64,000 bases of DNA, taken from assembly GCA_965645245.1 (NCBI GenBank), contig OZ287070.1, positions 1,426,001 to 1,490,000 of the forward strand, written 5' to 3'. Source of the stretch: Massalongia carnosa. Its lineage: Eukaryota. Within the stretch, counting starts at the first letter, position 1. Each line of letters begins with the position of its first letter. Of this stretch, positions 35,915 to 49,187 are shown one piece after another. The position numbers were made by a program, and so were the translations under genes. The notes under the pieces were generated by a model. That model saw only the letters and a program-made list of their open reading frames with translations. It made no database searches and had not been told where the DNA came from.

Positions 35915-38702
35915 ATGGCTTTAGTCCACGACAGCTTCAGTGATTTCGTGCTTTTCCCCAAAGATAACTCACATTTCGAAATGCTTGAATTGAGGCAAGA
36001 GGAAGGGTTTGAGAACGCGCATTACATACCTACAGCTGCTATGCACCACCATTTTTCCGAACTGGCAAACCCCACATATGATGCGTACCCTTCGACGTCT
36101 CCTTTCTCTTATGACCTTTCTGGGATTCAAAACCAGTATGCCGCCTTAAACTTTGTCTTTGACACTCCAAAGGAGAATGAAAGGGTTACTCAACAGCGAT
36201 TTACACCATCCGGGTCTCCTTCGCCATCCGTGACCCAATCTTTCGATCATCCCCCATCGATTCTCTCATCTACTTCGGGTGCTTCGGCACAGAGCACCCC
36301 CTCGTCGGCCGTTGGGTCCCCTTACTCCCACGAGACCAACCATGTTCCCGCTCAAGAGCTCTGGATGGAGTCACATCAGGGTTTGGGTATTGCGCCTGGA
36401 ATTGCCCACTGTGAAGGTTATGGAAATGACATGTACTCCTTAACTAACATTGAAAATGACTTGACCTTCAACGGAGACAAGTTCTCAAATAGCTTCGTCG
36501 GTAAGTCCCAGATGGTTTTTTCAACCTCTTCTGCTAGCTCCGCTTCTATGCCTGCTTCAGCTTCATCATGTATTTCTTCACAAACCTTCAAACCTGCATT
36601 GACCGCCTTGCCGCTCACGCTCGACACATCTCTTGTGCTCAAAGATGGCATACTCAACTCGATCCGTGAAGAGGCCAACGGCAAGATTGATACGTTAATT
36701 ACCGCAACAATATCTCCGTTTCCAACAAGCTTGATTGAGACCTCGCCGAGACAGTTTCGCAATACGCGCTTCGTTCATCCATCTTCCCGCGCTCAAAGCT
36801 CGTTCAAGTCACCAAAAACCCCAGCCTCAGCTTCAAGCATGTCTCCGTTCGCTTCCCGCAAACCCCCACAAGCTTGGGTTCACGACTATAACCCGCAAGA
36901 AACTTTCATGGGTGCTTCTAGTGATTCAATGGCTCCAGAAAACCCGACGCCATCAGCCCATCACACCCACCCACATGAAGGGTCAATCACCCCTGCCTGT
37001 ACCCAAGCTCATCCATTCCGGACCTTTCATCATGCCCAGTCCCATTTCTTCAGCCAAAGCAGCAGCAGTTTCATTGCTCCGCTCGAGTCATCTTGTTGGT
37101 TTTCCTTAGCTGCTTATTCCTTTATATTTTTCCTTTCATCAGGTTTCTCTTTCAGATTATTGTGATTTAAACGTCGTTAGGTTTCGTTATCTCACGGACC
37201 AAAAGCTGATAACAAGGCCCATAGATCCTTCTCTTATCCAACCCTTCGATACCCCAACTGCCCACCATACATCAGCAGCGGCTTTCCCCGGCGTGATTCA
37301 GGCATTTCACCTTCCCTCGCAAATGATTCACCCACCGTCGCCAGTTTTATCGGATGCGTCAAGCCATGACTCTCACAGGCCAAGCTCTACGAGGTTTAGG
37401 AGTGGTAATACATCTCCTTACCTGCGAACCGCTGGGTACCAGCCATATCCTACCGCTTCTGAGGCTCGTCGACTTTCTATCGCATCGACACATTCCCGAA
37501 ATTCTCAGGAGAGCCCTAGATCGTCGAGCATGGGGTTTGACGATGAGAGTAAGGAGAGGGGTCGATGCCCTAACCCCGATTGTGGGCGGCTCTTTAAGGA
37601 TCTGAAGGCTCACATGTTAACCCACCAACCCGAAAGGCCGGAAAAATGCCCAATTGTAATTTGCGAGTACCACCAGAAGGGGTTTGCCCGCAAGTATGAT
37701 AAAAACAGGCATACCTTAACCCATTATAAAGGTACGATGGTGTGCGGGTTTTGCCCTGGCTCGGGTTCCGCGGCGGAGAAGAGCTTTAATCGTGCCGACG
37801 TTTTCAAGCGCCATTTAACCTCAGTTCATGGTGTAGAGCAAACTCCGCCGAACAGTCGCAAGAAAAGCCCTACCACATCCTCATCCAAGAAAATGTCCGG
37901 CTATTCACATGATGCAACCGGCAAATGCTCTACTTGCTCGGCAATGTTCAACAATGCGCAGGAGTTTTACGAACACTTGGACGATTGCGTCCTTCGCGTT
38001 GTACAGCAAGAAGAACCAAGCGAATCAATCAATGAACAACGCTTGGCGGAGGTAGCCAATGATCAAGCCGTACAAGATACCCTCGACCGCCTTCTCCCCC
38101 CGCGCGGGTTAGACTGTTCTACGCGAAATAATGCATCCTTTGACGAGGAGGATGAGGAAGACGAAGGTGAAGGCCCTAAAGATGAAGGAAACGACGTAAC
38201 CTGGACTGCATCAGTTACCACCAATCTTCGCTCAGGCAAGGGCACGATCAAATCCAGTCGAGGGAGTTCAAGTTGACAATTAACACATCCCCAAGGTGTC
38301 GGTTCGCACGTTGGGGGTGGCAACGGTATTTCAAAGCCTGGCCGGGGTCCCTTTGGTGGGAGAGGGCGCGGCATGACATATTCCAAAGGCGGAGTTCCTT
38401 TGACCGGCAAGGGCCGGAAGAAAAGAAAGCATTATCCACTCTCGTGGGGCTGCTCTGCAGAAAAGATGAAGATGAAAAAACGAGTGCTGTGTGTTTATGA
38501 CGGGCCACGAAGGCTTTGGAAAGATGACATGATGCTCGACAGCGAATTTGAAGTGCGAATGCGGCTAGGAGATGGCAAATCCTATGTCACCGATCTCGAC
38601 GTGGAAACTGTAAAGAGAGCGGATGCACTACATAATGCCACTGAGGAAGAGAAGGGTCCCTGGATTGAAGATGGAGTGGACATTGAAAAATTGATGTCGT
38701 GA
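35915..38702 (+). CDS. C2H2 zinc-finger transcription factor; exon 35915-36500 (or to 37094), then 37225 onward; internal TGA at 38274-38276 followed by an in-frame C-terminal block
   Basis: Fingers CPNPDCGRLFKDLKAHMLTH, CPIVICEYH...HTLTH, CGFC...FKRHLTSVH and CSTC...HLDDC; splicing yields FVDPSLI; 5'UTR intron 35789-35849. Confidence 0.88.
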
Positions 38703-39425
38703 GAGTTTGTTATGGGCTTCATAACTGTGCCATTTTTGTATCCCTGCATATTTGATATGAGCGAGTCTTTTTTGGGAACCAGATCATGATGCATCATCGA
38801 CTAGGATCGTCTCATGGCCACCACGAAGAGAATGAAGAAACCCATCTAGGGATGTAATCCAGACCAATACGCGATGCGACTGCGGTGGACTGTGTATTTT
38901 AGACGTTCAAGATATCGATATTTGCAGTGCAGGCCATACGCAAAGCGATATAGAATCACAGTTTCTTTGAAAGAAATGCTTGAATGTAACTGTATCTTTC
39001 TACTTCGTCAAAGTTACTTTGTTAGATTAAGAATGCGTTGAAAAAATGACTTAATCATTGAGAAGTAAAAGATTTCTAGTATGTAACATGATTGTGCTGG
39101 AATCCTGTTGCTTTTTTTACTTTTGTGAACTAGAAAGACCGCTCACGATCACAACTCCATACAGAGAATTCCCTGTAAGTTACTATGTATCTACCTGAGT
39201 GAAGGATTTGCTGTGTCTCATTCATCGAAAGCGATCTAGTTTACAGAATATCGAGTGAGCATTATCGTCTAATCCCACGAAAAGTCGCGTTTATTCCGCC
39301 TTCGCGCTTGGGTCATATACTACGAAATACAGATAGTTGAGCAAGGTGTCCAGCACCCAGCCAGTATCAGCATATCATTCACTCCCTACAAGAGCGATTT
39401 TTCATTACCTATTCCTTCATTTGTC

Positions 39426-41092
39426 ATGATTCGACAGGACTTCAACCATCTGGATCCTAAACGAAGAAACGTAACCGATCATAAGAAGAAGCAGTTTGCA
39501 GCTCCCACATACGAGCAGCAGGAATACCCCCATCGGCTGAATCTTTACGACCTCCCCCCGGTCGCTGAGATCACCCTGGAACAGTTTGAACAATGGGCAA
39601 TCAACAGATTAAGAAGTATCTCACTCACTGTTGGGCTGTAAACTAAACTACGGAACCGCGCTGATGATGAAGTTCCAGTCCTCGCTGAGATCGAGGCTTG
39701 CTCATTTCGCAACAAGAACCCCGCCGAGACCGCGGCACACATTAATCCCCTTCTGCAGAAATGGCTGCCTCTTTCCTCAAACTCTTCGTCTTCCATTGGT
39801 CATAAGGATGACAAGCTGCGGCTTGAACGCCAGAAGGACCACTATTCACATTACATTCTCCGCCTAGCGTTCTCGTCGACCGAAGATCTGCGTCGGCGCT
39901 TCCTGCGGGTGGAAGGCGCACTTTTCAGGTTGCGTTTTCAATCAGACGACGCGAGAGAACGTCAAGCCTTTGTTGAGTCTCTTCGTATGAAGTGGGAAGT
40001 GGTGTCTGACGGGGAGAAACGCGAATTAGGGCTTGAGCTGCTAAATGCAACCCCAGGCTTAAGAAAGCACGACTTGGAGGAGGGAAGCTGGTTCAAGGTC
40101 GATTTCGAGACAGTCCCGGAACTAGTGGAGAGCCGAAAGGTCTTCCTTAGAGGGGGCAAAGCATATGTGCCTGTGAAAGAGCAGCTAAGCGTTGTGCTGG
40201 CTGAATTTGGGGGAAAACTTGATAAAGGGCTAGAAGTACGGGAGTTCTCTTCCCGAAAACACCCTCAAATGTTAGGCATGCCTTAGCTAACGTTTTGGCG
40301 TAGATCACAGCTCGGGCGCTCCCTCGCCTGGATGAAGACGATCGCTTAACGCCCATACTAAATCACCTTTCCAAAAACTTCGCAACTCCCGATTCGACGA
40401 TTTCGGACTCCGATTCAGCCCTTTCGGGTGCACCTATCAATGCTTCATCAATTGACAGTCTGTCCCCTCATTTCCCGCTGTGTATGCGTAACTTGCACAT
40501 GACGCTGCGCAAGAATAGCCATTTGAAGCATTATGGACGTCTCCAGTACACTCTTTTCCTCAAAGGCATTGGGCTATCATTGGAGGACTGCCTGATTTTC
40601 TGGCGCCAGTCTTTCAAACTCGTCACGGACGACACCTTCAACAAAGAGTACCGTTACAACGTACGGCACGCATATGGTGACGTCGGTGGAGATGCCACCC
40701 GGCGGGGGCGGGGCTATTCGCCATTTTCTTGCCAGAAGATCCTTACTGAACACCCGCCCGGGAGCGAGGAGAGTCACGGGTGCCCGTACCGTCATTTCAG
40801 CGTCGAGAATCTCACCAGCTTGCTGCAGGCGACCGGCGTTAACGATCGGGATGTAATGCGAGGGGTCAAGGATGACGTGGAGAAGAAAAGATTCCATATC
40901 GCCTGCAACCGGGTCTTCGAATGGGCGCACAAGAGCGATCTCGCCCGCGTAAGGGAGGATGGCTCGTGGGGGACGGCCGAGCTCGACACGATCGTGCATC
41001 CCAACACCTATTTCAAGAGGAGTTATCTGTTGCGCTCGGGGGCCAGCGCGAGATCCCGCGAGAGCGAGCCTGATGGAATGGATTTGATGTGA
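39426..41092 (+). CDS. PRI2: DNA primase large subunit; introns 39616-39678 and 40236-40303
   Basis: EITLEQFEQWAINRL, KDHYSHYILRLAF, HFPLCM, HLKHYGRLQYTLFLKGIG, YSPFSC...HGCPY (Fe-S cysteines), HPNTYF. Confidence 0.95.
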
Positions 41093-41962
41093 TTTTTTTT
41101 TGGAGAAGCGCGACGTTATATTGGGGGTTTATCATGACAAGAGAATCACCCCCCCTTATGTATGATTACACTAAACTCCTCAGATCTTTCGAACCTCATT
41201 ATCAACATCAAAATACTCTCTCACGCATATTCGTTCGTTTCAACTCCCCCCGGTTTTTTTAAAACCAGACGCCTAAAACAAAACGAAAAGAACCCTCTAG
41301 AGCTTAAAATGCAAAAAATTCCAAGATTTCCCCCTCCTCCTGCATCATCATCGACAAATTCAATAAAACACATAACCTGTTCCTGAACGGTCCAGAATCC
41401 AACTCTTTCACACATGCGAATTCCTTTTTCCCTCTCCCTCCCTCCGTCCCTCCCTCCGTTCTTTAGCAAATAAGAGAAAAAGAAGAAAAAGAAAGGAAAA
41501 AAATCCGTCCGTCTGTTGTTTTGCGTAGGAAACGAATAACTTCTGTCTTTAAAATATAAACTAGCCCCGTTTTCGTTGAACGGGAAGCTCTTGGTTCGGG
41601 ATGTGGATGTGGAGGATTTGTTTTTGGGAAGAGGGTTATGTAAGTAACTAGGAGGGGCATATCTAACTATATAAATAATACCTGCCCTGCCCTGCCCTTG
41701 TCCTGCCTATGAGATTCTCTTTTTCGCAAAAGGAAAGTGAGTACCCGAACCGGAAAACATGATGATGATGCCAAGGGGATGGGAAAGGGGTTCGGCGAAT
41801 TTTAATGATTCGCGGATCTTGGTTGGATTGCCTGTAGGTATTTGTAGGGTTTGGGGATTGGGAATGCACACCCATATCGTGGAGAGAGCTACCCCCCCAT
41901 GAGCGAATGATGTTTGTTGGCTTTGCTCTTCTCTTGCCTTACCTTGAACAAATACGGCACGC

Positions 41963-44321
41963 TCATAATCGCCGGGCATCCTGCGCTCGGGAGGGTGGAG
42001 TGATCTCGTTGTCGGCGACGCTGGAGTCACCGTCGCTACCGCCGGTTTCGTCCCCATCGCCGTCCGGATCATCAAAAAACACCGCGCTTTGGCGCTTGAA
42101 CTCCTCCATGGCGGTTGAGCGTCGACTCGGAGATTCTCGCTCCGGCTGCTCATCCGCGGAGGACGAGTCTGCATCGGTCCTCAGCGCCTGTCCTCGCAGA
42201 TGAAAACTCTCGTCGTCCCTGACCGTCGTCCCCTCACCGTCCGGTTCGCCTTTCTTCCCCAACAGCAAGCCTTCTTCAATCAAACGCTCGATCTTCATGC
42301 GATTCGCAATAAACAGTAGTTTGGGAAACGTTGATTGTTGGCCAATCTGCAGCATTCGAGCCAGCCGTTTGGGGTTAGGGTCCGAAAGAATGGAATAAAA
42401 GTCGCTGAGTCGACTTTTCGGCCATATCGTAATGGTGCCACTGAACTGCTGAAGCCAGATGCCCGACCAATCTTGCCCCAAGGGCCGGGGCAGTAACTCC
42501 AAATGTTTCAGGATTTTCAGCCACTTTTGGAGATCCAGCTTAAGGAACTGCTCCACCGCACTTCCCAAATACCCGCCCCGCCATCCCCTCCCTAACGAGT
42601 AGGTTTTAGTCACTTGGACCATGGAAATTGGAACTAGAAGGCGTACCTCGACGATGCGTTACAGGCCGTCCGACAGCCCCGCGTGACGAGAAGAAAAAAA
42701 GCGAAATGTGAGGATTAACCTGACTGACTATGCTAAAGTTTACGTTGAAATGAAGGTTCAGCGCTTTCAGAGGAATATCAGTACGAAGGCTTAACGAGTC
42801 AGTGACCATGTAAAAACAGCGAAAGGGAGGGATTGGGACCTTCCGTCTTTCCACTTGGCACCGAATGAGTACGGCGATAATGTACCGTCAACTCTCTTCA
42901 TCATCAACACTACCTAAACCTCTTTTTAGCGCATAGGCACTGGCGTTGAGCGATGATGGACGTTTGATATACCGGCTGCAAGATCCCAGGAACGGCGGCA
43001 CTAGCAACAACGCTGGACCATATCACACAATCGGGAGCAGTGAGATAATTCATAAGGATGGTGGGAGAATGAGGGTCGGAAGGAACGCACGTCACGTTCA
43101 AGATTCGACCTGTTCGCTCGTAGGCCTCACTTCTTTAGTTAGTGGATGAATCGAATATGGAGATGTTGTGAATTTTCCAAAACAACCTTACCGAAATGTA
43201 GTACTCCCGCGACAAAACCAGCTACATTTGCGGGCCCATGCAATGGAATCAAAACGTGCCCCAGTGCGCCACCAGCGAGGACCCCAGATCAGAACCGACT
43301 CTTCGCAGGCGGTGATGCGATGAGCCAGAGCCGGCACAAGGAGCTTCTTGAGCTCTTCGTTAGTTCGTGTGGCAACCAAGGCAGCAACAAGCGCGCCACC
43401 AGAAGTCCCGGTGATAACGTCCGGTAGGAGAGAAGCATCGAGAAGCGCCTTTACCACTCCAAAATGATACCAAGCGAACGAGGCACCACCAGACAAACAG
43501 AGTGCCGTTCGGCCAAAGTTCGTGTGAAGGTGCCGGGACAGAGTGAACTTTTCCGTTATCCGGAGATTGGAGGACCGCAAGAGAAAATCCAAAGAGGCCT
43601 GCAATTCATCGACGAAAGCTTGAGCCAAACGCTTGGTGCCATAGTATGTCTCGCTGTAAAGCCTTGGGTTTTCTACCCCTACAAAGTTGTTTTTGACGCA
43701 AGCCTCTACCAGACTCCTAAGAGTCTCCACAGCTTGCCTAGCCTCGGGGCCGTCGCTGTTCTCTTCCCATATCGCTCTTGCTCTTGTTGCCTTGAGCTGC
43801 TCATTGACTTTTGTAACGCTCGTGTGATCGTAATATGCGTAATCGTCAGTCTCCTTCCATTTCTCATTGCCCAAATGCGCATCGAGATCGATTGCCGCAG
43901 ACTTCCATTCGTCGAAGTTGGTCTTTGAGCGCAATTGGCTCCGCAGCGTTTGACGTTTCCCTCGCCAAGTTACCAAATGTTCATACCCCCAAATATACCA
44001 CCTCGTGATCACATAAAAGAAGCCCAACGATATAATCCATGCGAATACCAGCAACAACAGCGGCCATTTTAAAATGGTATATACAAAGCCCTCCCGCGTT
44101 TCGTCTCGTCTCTTGGGTTTTTGCTTACGATTGCGGAGTCCGGACGGACGGGGCACACGTTGCTTGATAGGTTTCCAATCGTTGAGGGCTACCACTGCGG
44201 ATGAGTCCGGAGCATTCAACGCTTTCGCAAATGCAGCAAGATCAGAGGCCTCAATAAACTCATGGTCAAAATCTGGGATCGTTGAGGGATCGAAAGCAGC
44301 TTTCGGAAACCCATTCATCAT
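41963..44321 (-). CDS. Patatin-like phospholipase / triacylglycerol lipase (TGL3/4/5-like family), 5 exons
   Basis: FGRTALCLSGGA, catalytic GTSGG, WKDGSLRTDIP, IVSQVNPH; introns near 43190-43130, 42970-42915, 42838-42790 and 42645-42595. Confidence 0.92.
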
Positions 44322-45375
44322 GACCAACCATGTCAGCCCAGCCGTACTGTGTTGGAAGTACTGGGACCAGAGAGTGTTTTATCAGACCTAATAGAATGGA
44401 AATTCATGTGTTTAATGCAGACTACTTGGTAGCCATCCTGACGTGCAGAGTACTCCGTGCTCCAGCAGAAACGTCCAACAAGGTCGGCCGACAGCGTGAC
44501 GTCATTCACGCGAACATGATAAGATTAGATGGATTAGATTAGATAGTGAACAATCTCAGTTAGCGAAATGGATCGATGTGCGCTTGTCGAGACAATCGTG
44601 CTAAGCTACTTTCGGAATGGAAGGGCATCCCTCTCTACTCCGTCCTCGGTAATGCTGCCGTTTCATAGTCATTACCTCGTCTGAGGGGTTAATTTGCTAG
44701 CATTTCATTTTTGGTGGAAGCAGTCGATCTATCCCCGACTTCGCTGATAGGGCGGTTGCAACCGCTTCGAAACTTCCAGCCAGTCACCGCGACAGAGCTT
44801 GAACGTAGACAGATATTTTGCACCCTGAGTCATCTGCTTTGACATGATGCCAAAGCCAAGCAAAGCCAAGTGAGCCAACAACACTGTATGTTGGGTCGGT
44901 TCGATTGGTATTCTGTAGAGGCCTTCCGACAAACGGTGTGACGGAGATGGTCTTAGGGGCATTGTAGGTAGGCAGGTATCCTAGTCAGCGTACTTTATGC
45001 ATAACTGCCTCCGATGACGCCATGCAACTACTAGCTTACTGTTGGGTAGCTGGGAAGATACTCGGTGGGGTAGGTCGGTGCTCATTCCCATCCCTCATTG
45101 TGGCATACAAGTCATCAATTCTTTACCATGGAGGATGCAGACTGATTAGAAGGACTTGATGTCAGACTTAATAGTTAGAGTCTCACCTTGTTGCTCTTCC
45201 GGCTTTCGAGGCAGCATGCAATCTTGGTTGAGATGGTTGAATGATCGGTTTCACAGGCCCCGTGATAGGTATCATTGAAAGTGGTTGTTCCGGTTCCGAG
45301 CGAGCGGTGAGCAGGTTGAATGGTTGAGTGGTCGAATGGTCGAATGGTGATTGAATGGGCTGTATGACAACCTCA

Positions 45376-45490
45376 TCTCTCCCTCCTCTCTCCCTCCCTC
45401 TCTCCCTCCCTCTCTCCTTCCCTCTCTCCCTCCCTCTCTCCTCCCTCTCTCCCTCCCTCTCTCCCTCTCTTTATCTCTTTTTCTCTCTTC
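45376..45490. repeat. Polypyrimidine (CCCT/CTCT)n simple repeat
   Basis: About 115 nt of almost pure C/T with repeated CTCCCTCCCTCT units. Confidence 0.9.
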
Positions 45491-46622
45491 GCGCTTTGTG
45501 ATCCCGGCGGTGGGAGAAATGAATGGGAATTGGCGGACCTCACGGTTCACATGATCTTGGCACTATGTTGCGAATTCCACTGGTGTTCCTTTAGTGCACG
45601 AAGAATTGTGCGCTAGTTTCATGGTTTGTTGCCAAGACGTTCGTCGGCTTTGCCCCTCCATCCAATCACAACCAATCACACTTATACGCAATCGACTACC
45701 TACAGGCTACCGACTACCAACCGACCACCAACCGACTACCTCCAGACTACTTGCCATATCTGTACCTACCTTACAGAGTATTCTGTACTCTGTACCAAGA
45801 ACTCCTCTGTCTTCTTTTCCCCTCCCGTGCTAAATCTCTCTGATTGTCAATGAATGAATTCCTCAGAGGATTAGCTCATGGTCACTCGTATAACTAATTG
45901 GTGTACTCGGTACGGAGAATGTCCAGAGCCTAGTGAAGCTTATCTTGTGTCTTCGACCTAACTCCCCTCCCCAATATATACTCCCTACTGTTACGCTCCA
46001 CCTCAACGCCAGCGTCTTACTCGTTTCTTCCCCAACTCGCTGTTGTTCGCTGCAAACCCCTCTCACACCCGCACTTCCTGTGCAGCACTGCACGCTCATA
46101 CGCACGCTGCAGACTGCGGTGGCCAAGTACAGTGTACCATAGAGCGTTTCCTTATCTCCAGGAATGAGCGATCTCGGTCGTAGTGTCAAGAAGCCGGTCA
46201 GAGTTTAGCTTTCCTGCAAACTACAACGAGTCTGCATATCGGGCCCCTGGTCCAAACCACTGTCCCTAATTGGTTTTGCCCATCTGGTTTCCCGTCTCCA
46301 TTTTTCATATGACCATTGACAAGACCACCTGGAAAAGACCGTTCGTTTCTTACCGATCTCATTCCGCTCCATTGGCTAGTCTTCCTACTGCGACGAAGAT
46401 TCTATATGCTTACAAAGAACCGCAGCTTTTAAACAACATCGGAGAGTCTTCAGTCTCCTGCTTTTTCAGCTGCAGGCTTGAGTCGAAGCGAATATTGGCC
46501 ACTATCAGCGCTGAAGTCCAAGGCAAAACCTCTTCGTCAGAAAGCTTTGGGCGCTCTTCAGGCACACTTTTCTGGTTGTCTATAAAACACTGGTCTTCTA
46601 CGGGCCTCATGTATTGTTCATC

Positions 46623-49187
46623 ATGGCTTCCGAGGACGGTCAAACATTCATCAAGGTGAGAGGAAAGGAGGTAGTGCTAATGATGGCTACCAAACACCCC
46701 CCCTCCCTCCCCCAGTCAGTCGAGAGCTAAAACAATCCATAGAACTTAGCGCATTTTGTGCGAACGCATGAGAAAGCACTTGCCAATGCTTTGCAGATGC
46801 GGCGACAAGTTCCTAAAAATGGACAGACAACTACTCAGTACAGAGAGATCCCGCCGACTCAGAGTGGTACATATCAGAGCTCCTCACCCACAGCTGCAAC
46901 CTCGAACTCCTTCGCAGCCGCTCTTTCCTTAGGTACCCTTAACTTCGCGTCACCAAGCATCAAATCTGCAAAGCTCACGCTTACGCCACATCATTTGTTC
47001 TATTTATTATCCCGTTTTGAGGAGATGGGGATATTGATTGGACCGATGAACGTACGGTTGGAGAATATTCATACAGAGACATCGCCAGCAAACTACGTTT
47101 CATTTCTAAGCCAGTCACAACGTTCCAAGGGTCGGAGTGACCGAGACTCGGTTCATTCCGTGTCAAGTGTCCGGAGCGTGATGTCTGGCATGTCCGCTTT
47201 GTGGTCAAATTTTGGAATTTCTTCATCAAGTCATGCTGCGAAGAACGAGAAGAACAAGGCCCAAATGACAGTAGATTTGAAGTATCTATATTCTGCTTTC
47301 ACCAAAATACCCTGTTTGCGACTTGCACCGGACCGAAAAGCTCGCCTGATTGGAGGTTATGAGGAATTTCCCTTTGACACCGCGGTACCACTACTTGCGT
47401 TCAAGAATCTAAGTGCTTTGGAAGTTTGCGATGTAGACTTTCGACAGTTTTTTGGCTGGGATAGGTTGTCCGAGCAACTTCGTTCACTCTCACTTAAGCG
47501 CGCTAACGTGGAAGACCCATCCGATCTATTCACCGGGATCGTACTTGATGATATGGATAAGCGACGTAGACGCTCATCAAAAGCTCAAAGTTCTCCCATA
47601 CTCTCCTGGCCTTTGAGCCCTTCGGCTCGTTATAGCGACGTGAGACGTTTCGATTCCGCTCCCAGCTCACCAGTCGTTGACGACAAGCCCGCCCAGAGCA
47701 CTAGCCCCCAAACTAGCCATTTGCTTCATGGCGACGCTGAAGGGCCACCATCACAACAAAGACCGCGAAATAAGAGCATATCTCCAAGCCGGCCTCCAAG
47801 CTCGAGGCAAGAGAACTCTTCTCGGCATGTTAGAGGTAGTGCTCCAAAAGTGAAGCGCTCTGGATCAGGCAGTTCAAACTCGAGTTCCCATTCAGGCGGA
47901 CAATACCGTACCGGGAGTTCTTCAAATATACTCATATTAGGGATACTACCTGCTTCGAAGTGGAGGTTTTTGAGGCATCTTAGCTTAGCAGATAACGCGT
48001 TGACATCGATGACTCATTCCAGCCTGGCCCCGCTGGCCAACACTTTACATTCGCTAGATCTATCCTCAAACCTCTTCTCCGAAATACCCGATAATCTAGC
48101 CACCTTAACAGCATTACGAGCCTTGAATCTCTCGAATTGCATGATCGAATCGCTACATTCGTTGTTACGAAATCCCTTACCGGCCATCACAGCTTTGAAC
48201 CTCCGAGCAAACCGACTGGCGTCGATTGCGGGCGTCGAGCGACTCCTTTCCCTCGAACGTCTAGACCTTCGTGAAAATAGGATACAAGACCCGATGGAGG
48301 CAGCAAGACTTACAAGCATTCCAAATATGCGAGAGTTATGGGTCACCAGTAATCCGATGGTCAAAACTCATAGCACTTATAGGGTGGTAATTTTCAACCT
48401 CTTCCGGACCACCCCGGGCTTTGTCGAAGATATCATCTTGGATGCCTCTGGACCTGGGTACAGCGAACGCAGGCAACTCAAAGAACGTGTTTCTGAGCCA
48501 GAAAGCGTGCCGGTTGTCAAGGCTGTAAATGTTCTAGTCCCTGAATGGGGCCTCGCAAACGATGACCAGTCTCTCGCGCCACAATTGAATGGCCCTGAAA
48601 CCTTCACAAGTGAAGGGTTACTTCGCCCAGTACCTCAATTTACACAGAGCGAGCTTGTCCTGAGTTCCAACCGACGAAGGAGAGGACAGAGGCGAAGAAT
48701 TGTAGACCTTTCTAGGGAGGATAGCCCTACTCTTGCCCACGGCGATGGCACATCAACAATAACGCCCGCAGCAGCACTCACCCCTGTCAGAAACAGTCCG
48801 CCGGATAAGAATCCACGAGAACTTACAGACGATTCGTCTGCGTCACCTCAAGGACCGGCCAATCTATCTTCCTCGCGACCGACTAAGCTAACATCGTCTC
48901 CATGGGTGCGTAGCTCTCCGGAGCTTTCAAATCAAGCTCGTTATTTTGCGACAGATTTGGAAAACCTGAATCTTTGCGGGGAGACATATCGGCAAAGAGC
49001 GGAGGCCTTGAAAAGTGAGATTGGTTCTAATTGGTTGAGTGTATTGAGCGAGGAAGGATGGAGTGATCATAGCAAAGCCAAAGTTTCCGCCCCGAATTTC
49101 GGAAGCATCGATGTCAGACGCCCTGAGTTGGCTTCTCTTCAGAACTCCAGCCAGAGAATCATTGGTGGAAGCCGTACTTTGGGATAA
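46623..49187 (+). CDS. Leucine-rich repeat protein; exons 46623-46655 and 46743-49187
   Basis: MASEDGQTFIK-NLAHFVRTHEKALANA; LRRs LRHLSLADNAL, LHSLDLSSNLF, LRALNLSNCMI, LERLDLRENRI. Confidence 0.88.

Noticed and set aside
45272..45554. ORFs with REGG/PPSL repeats on both strands
   Set aside because: Artefacts of the C/T microsatellite.
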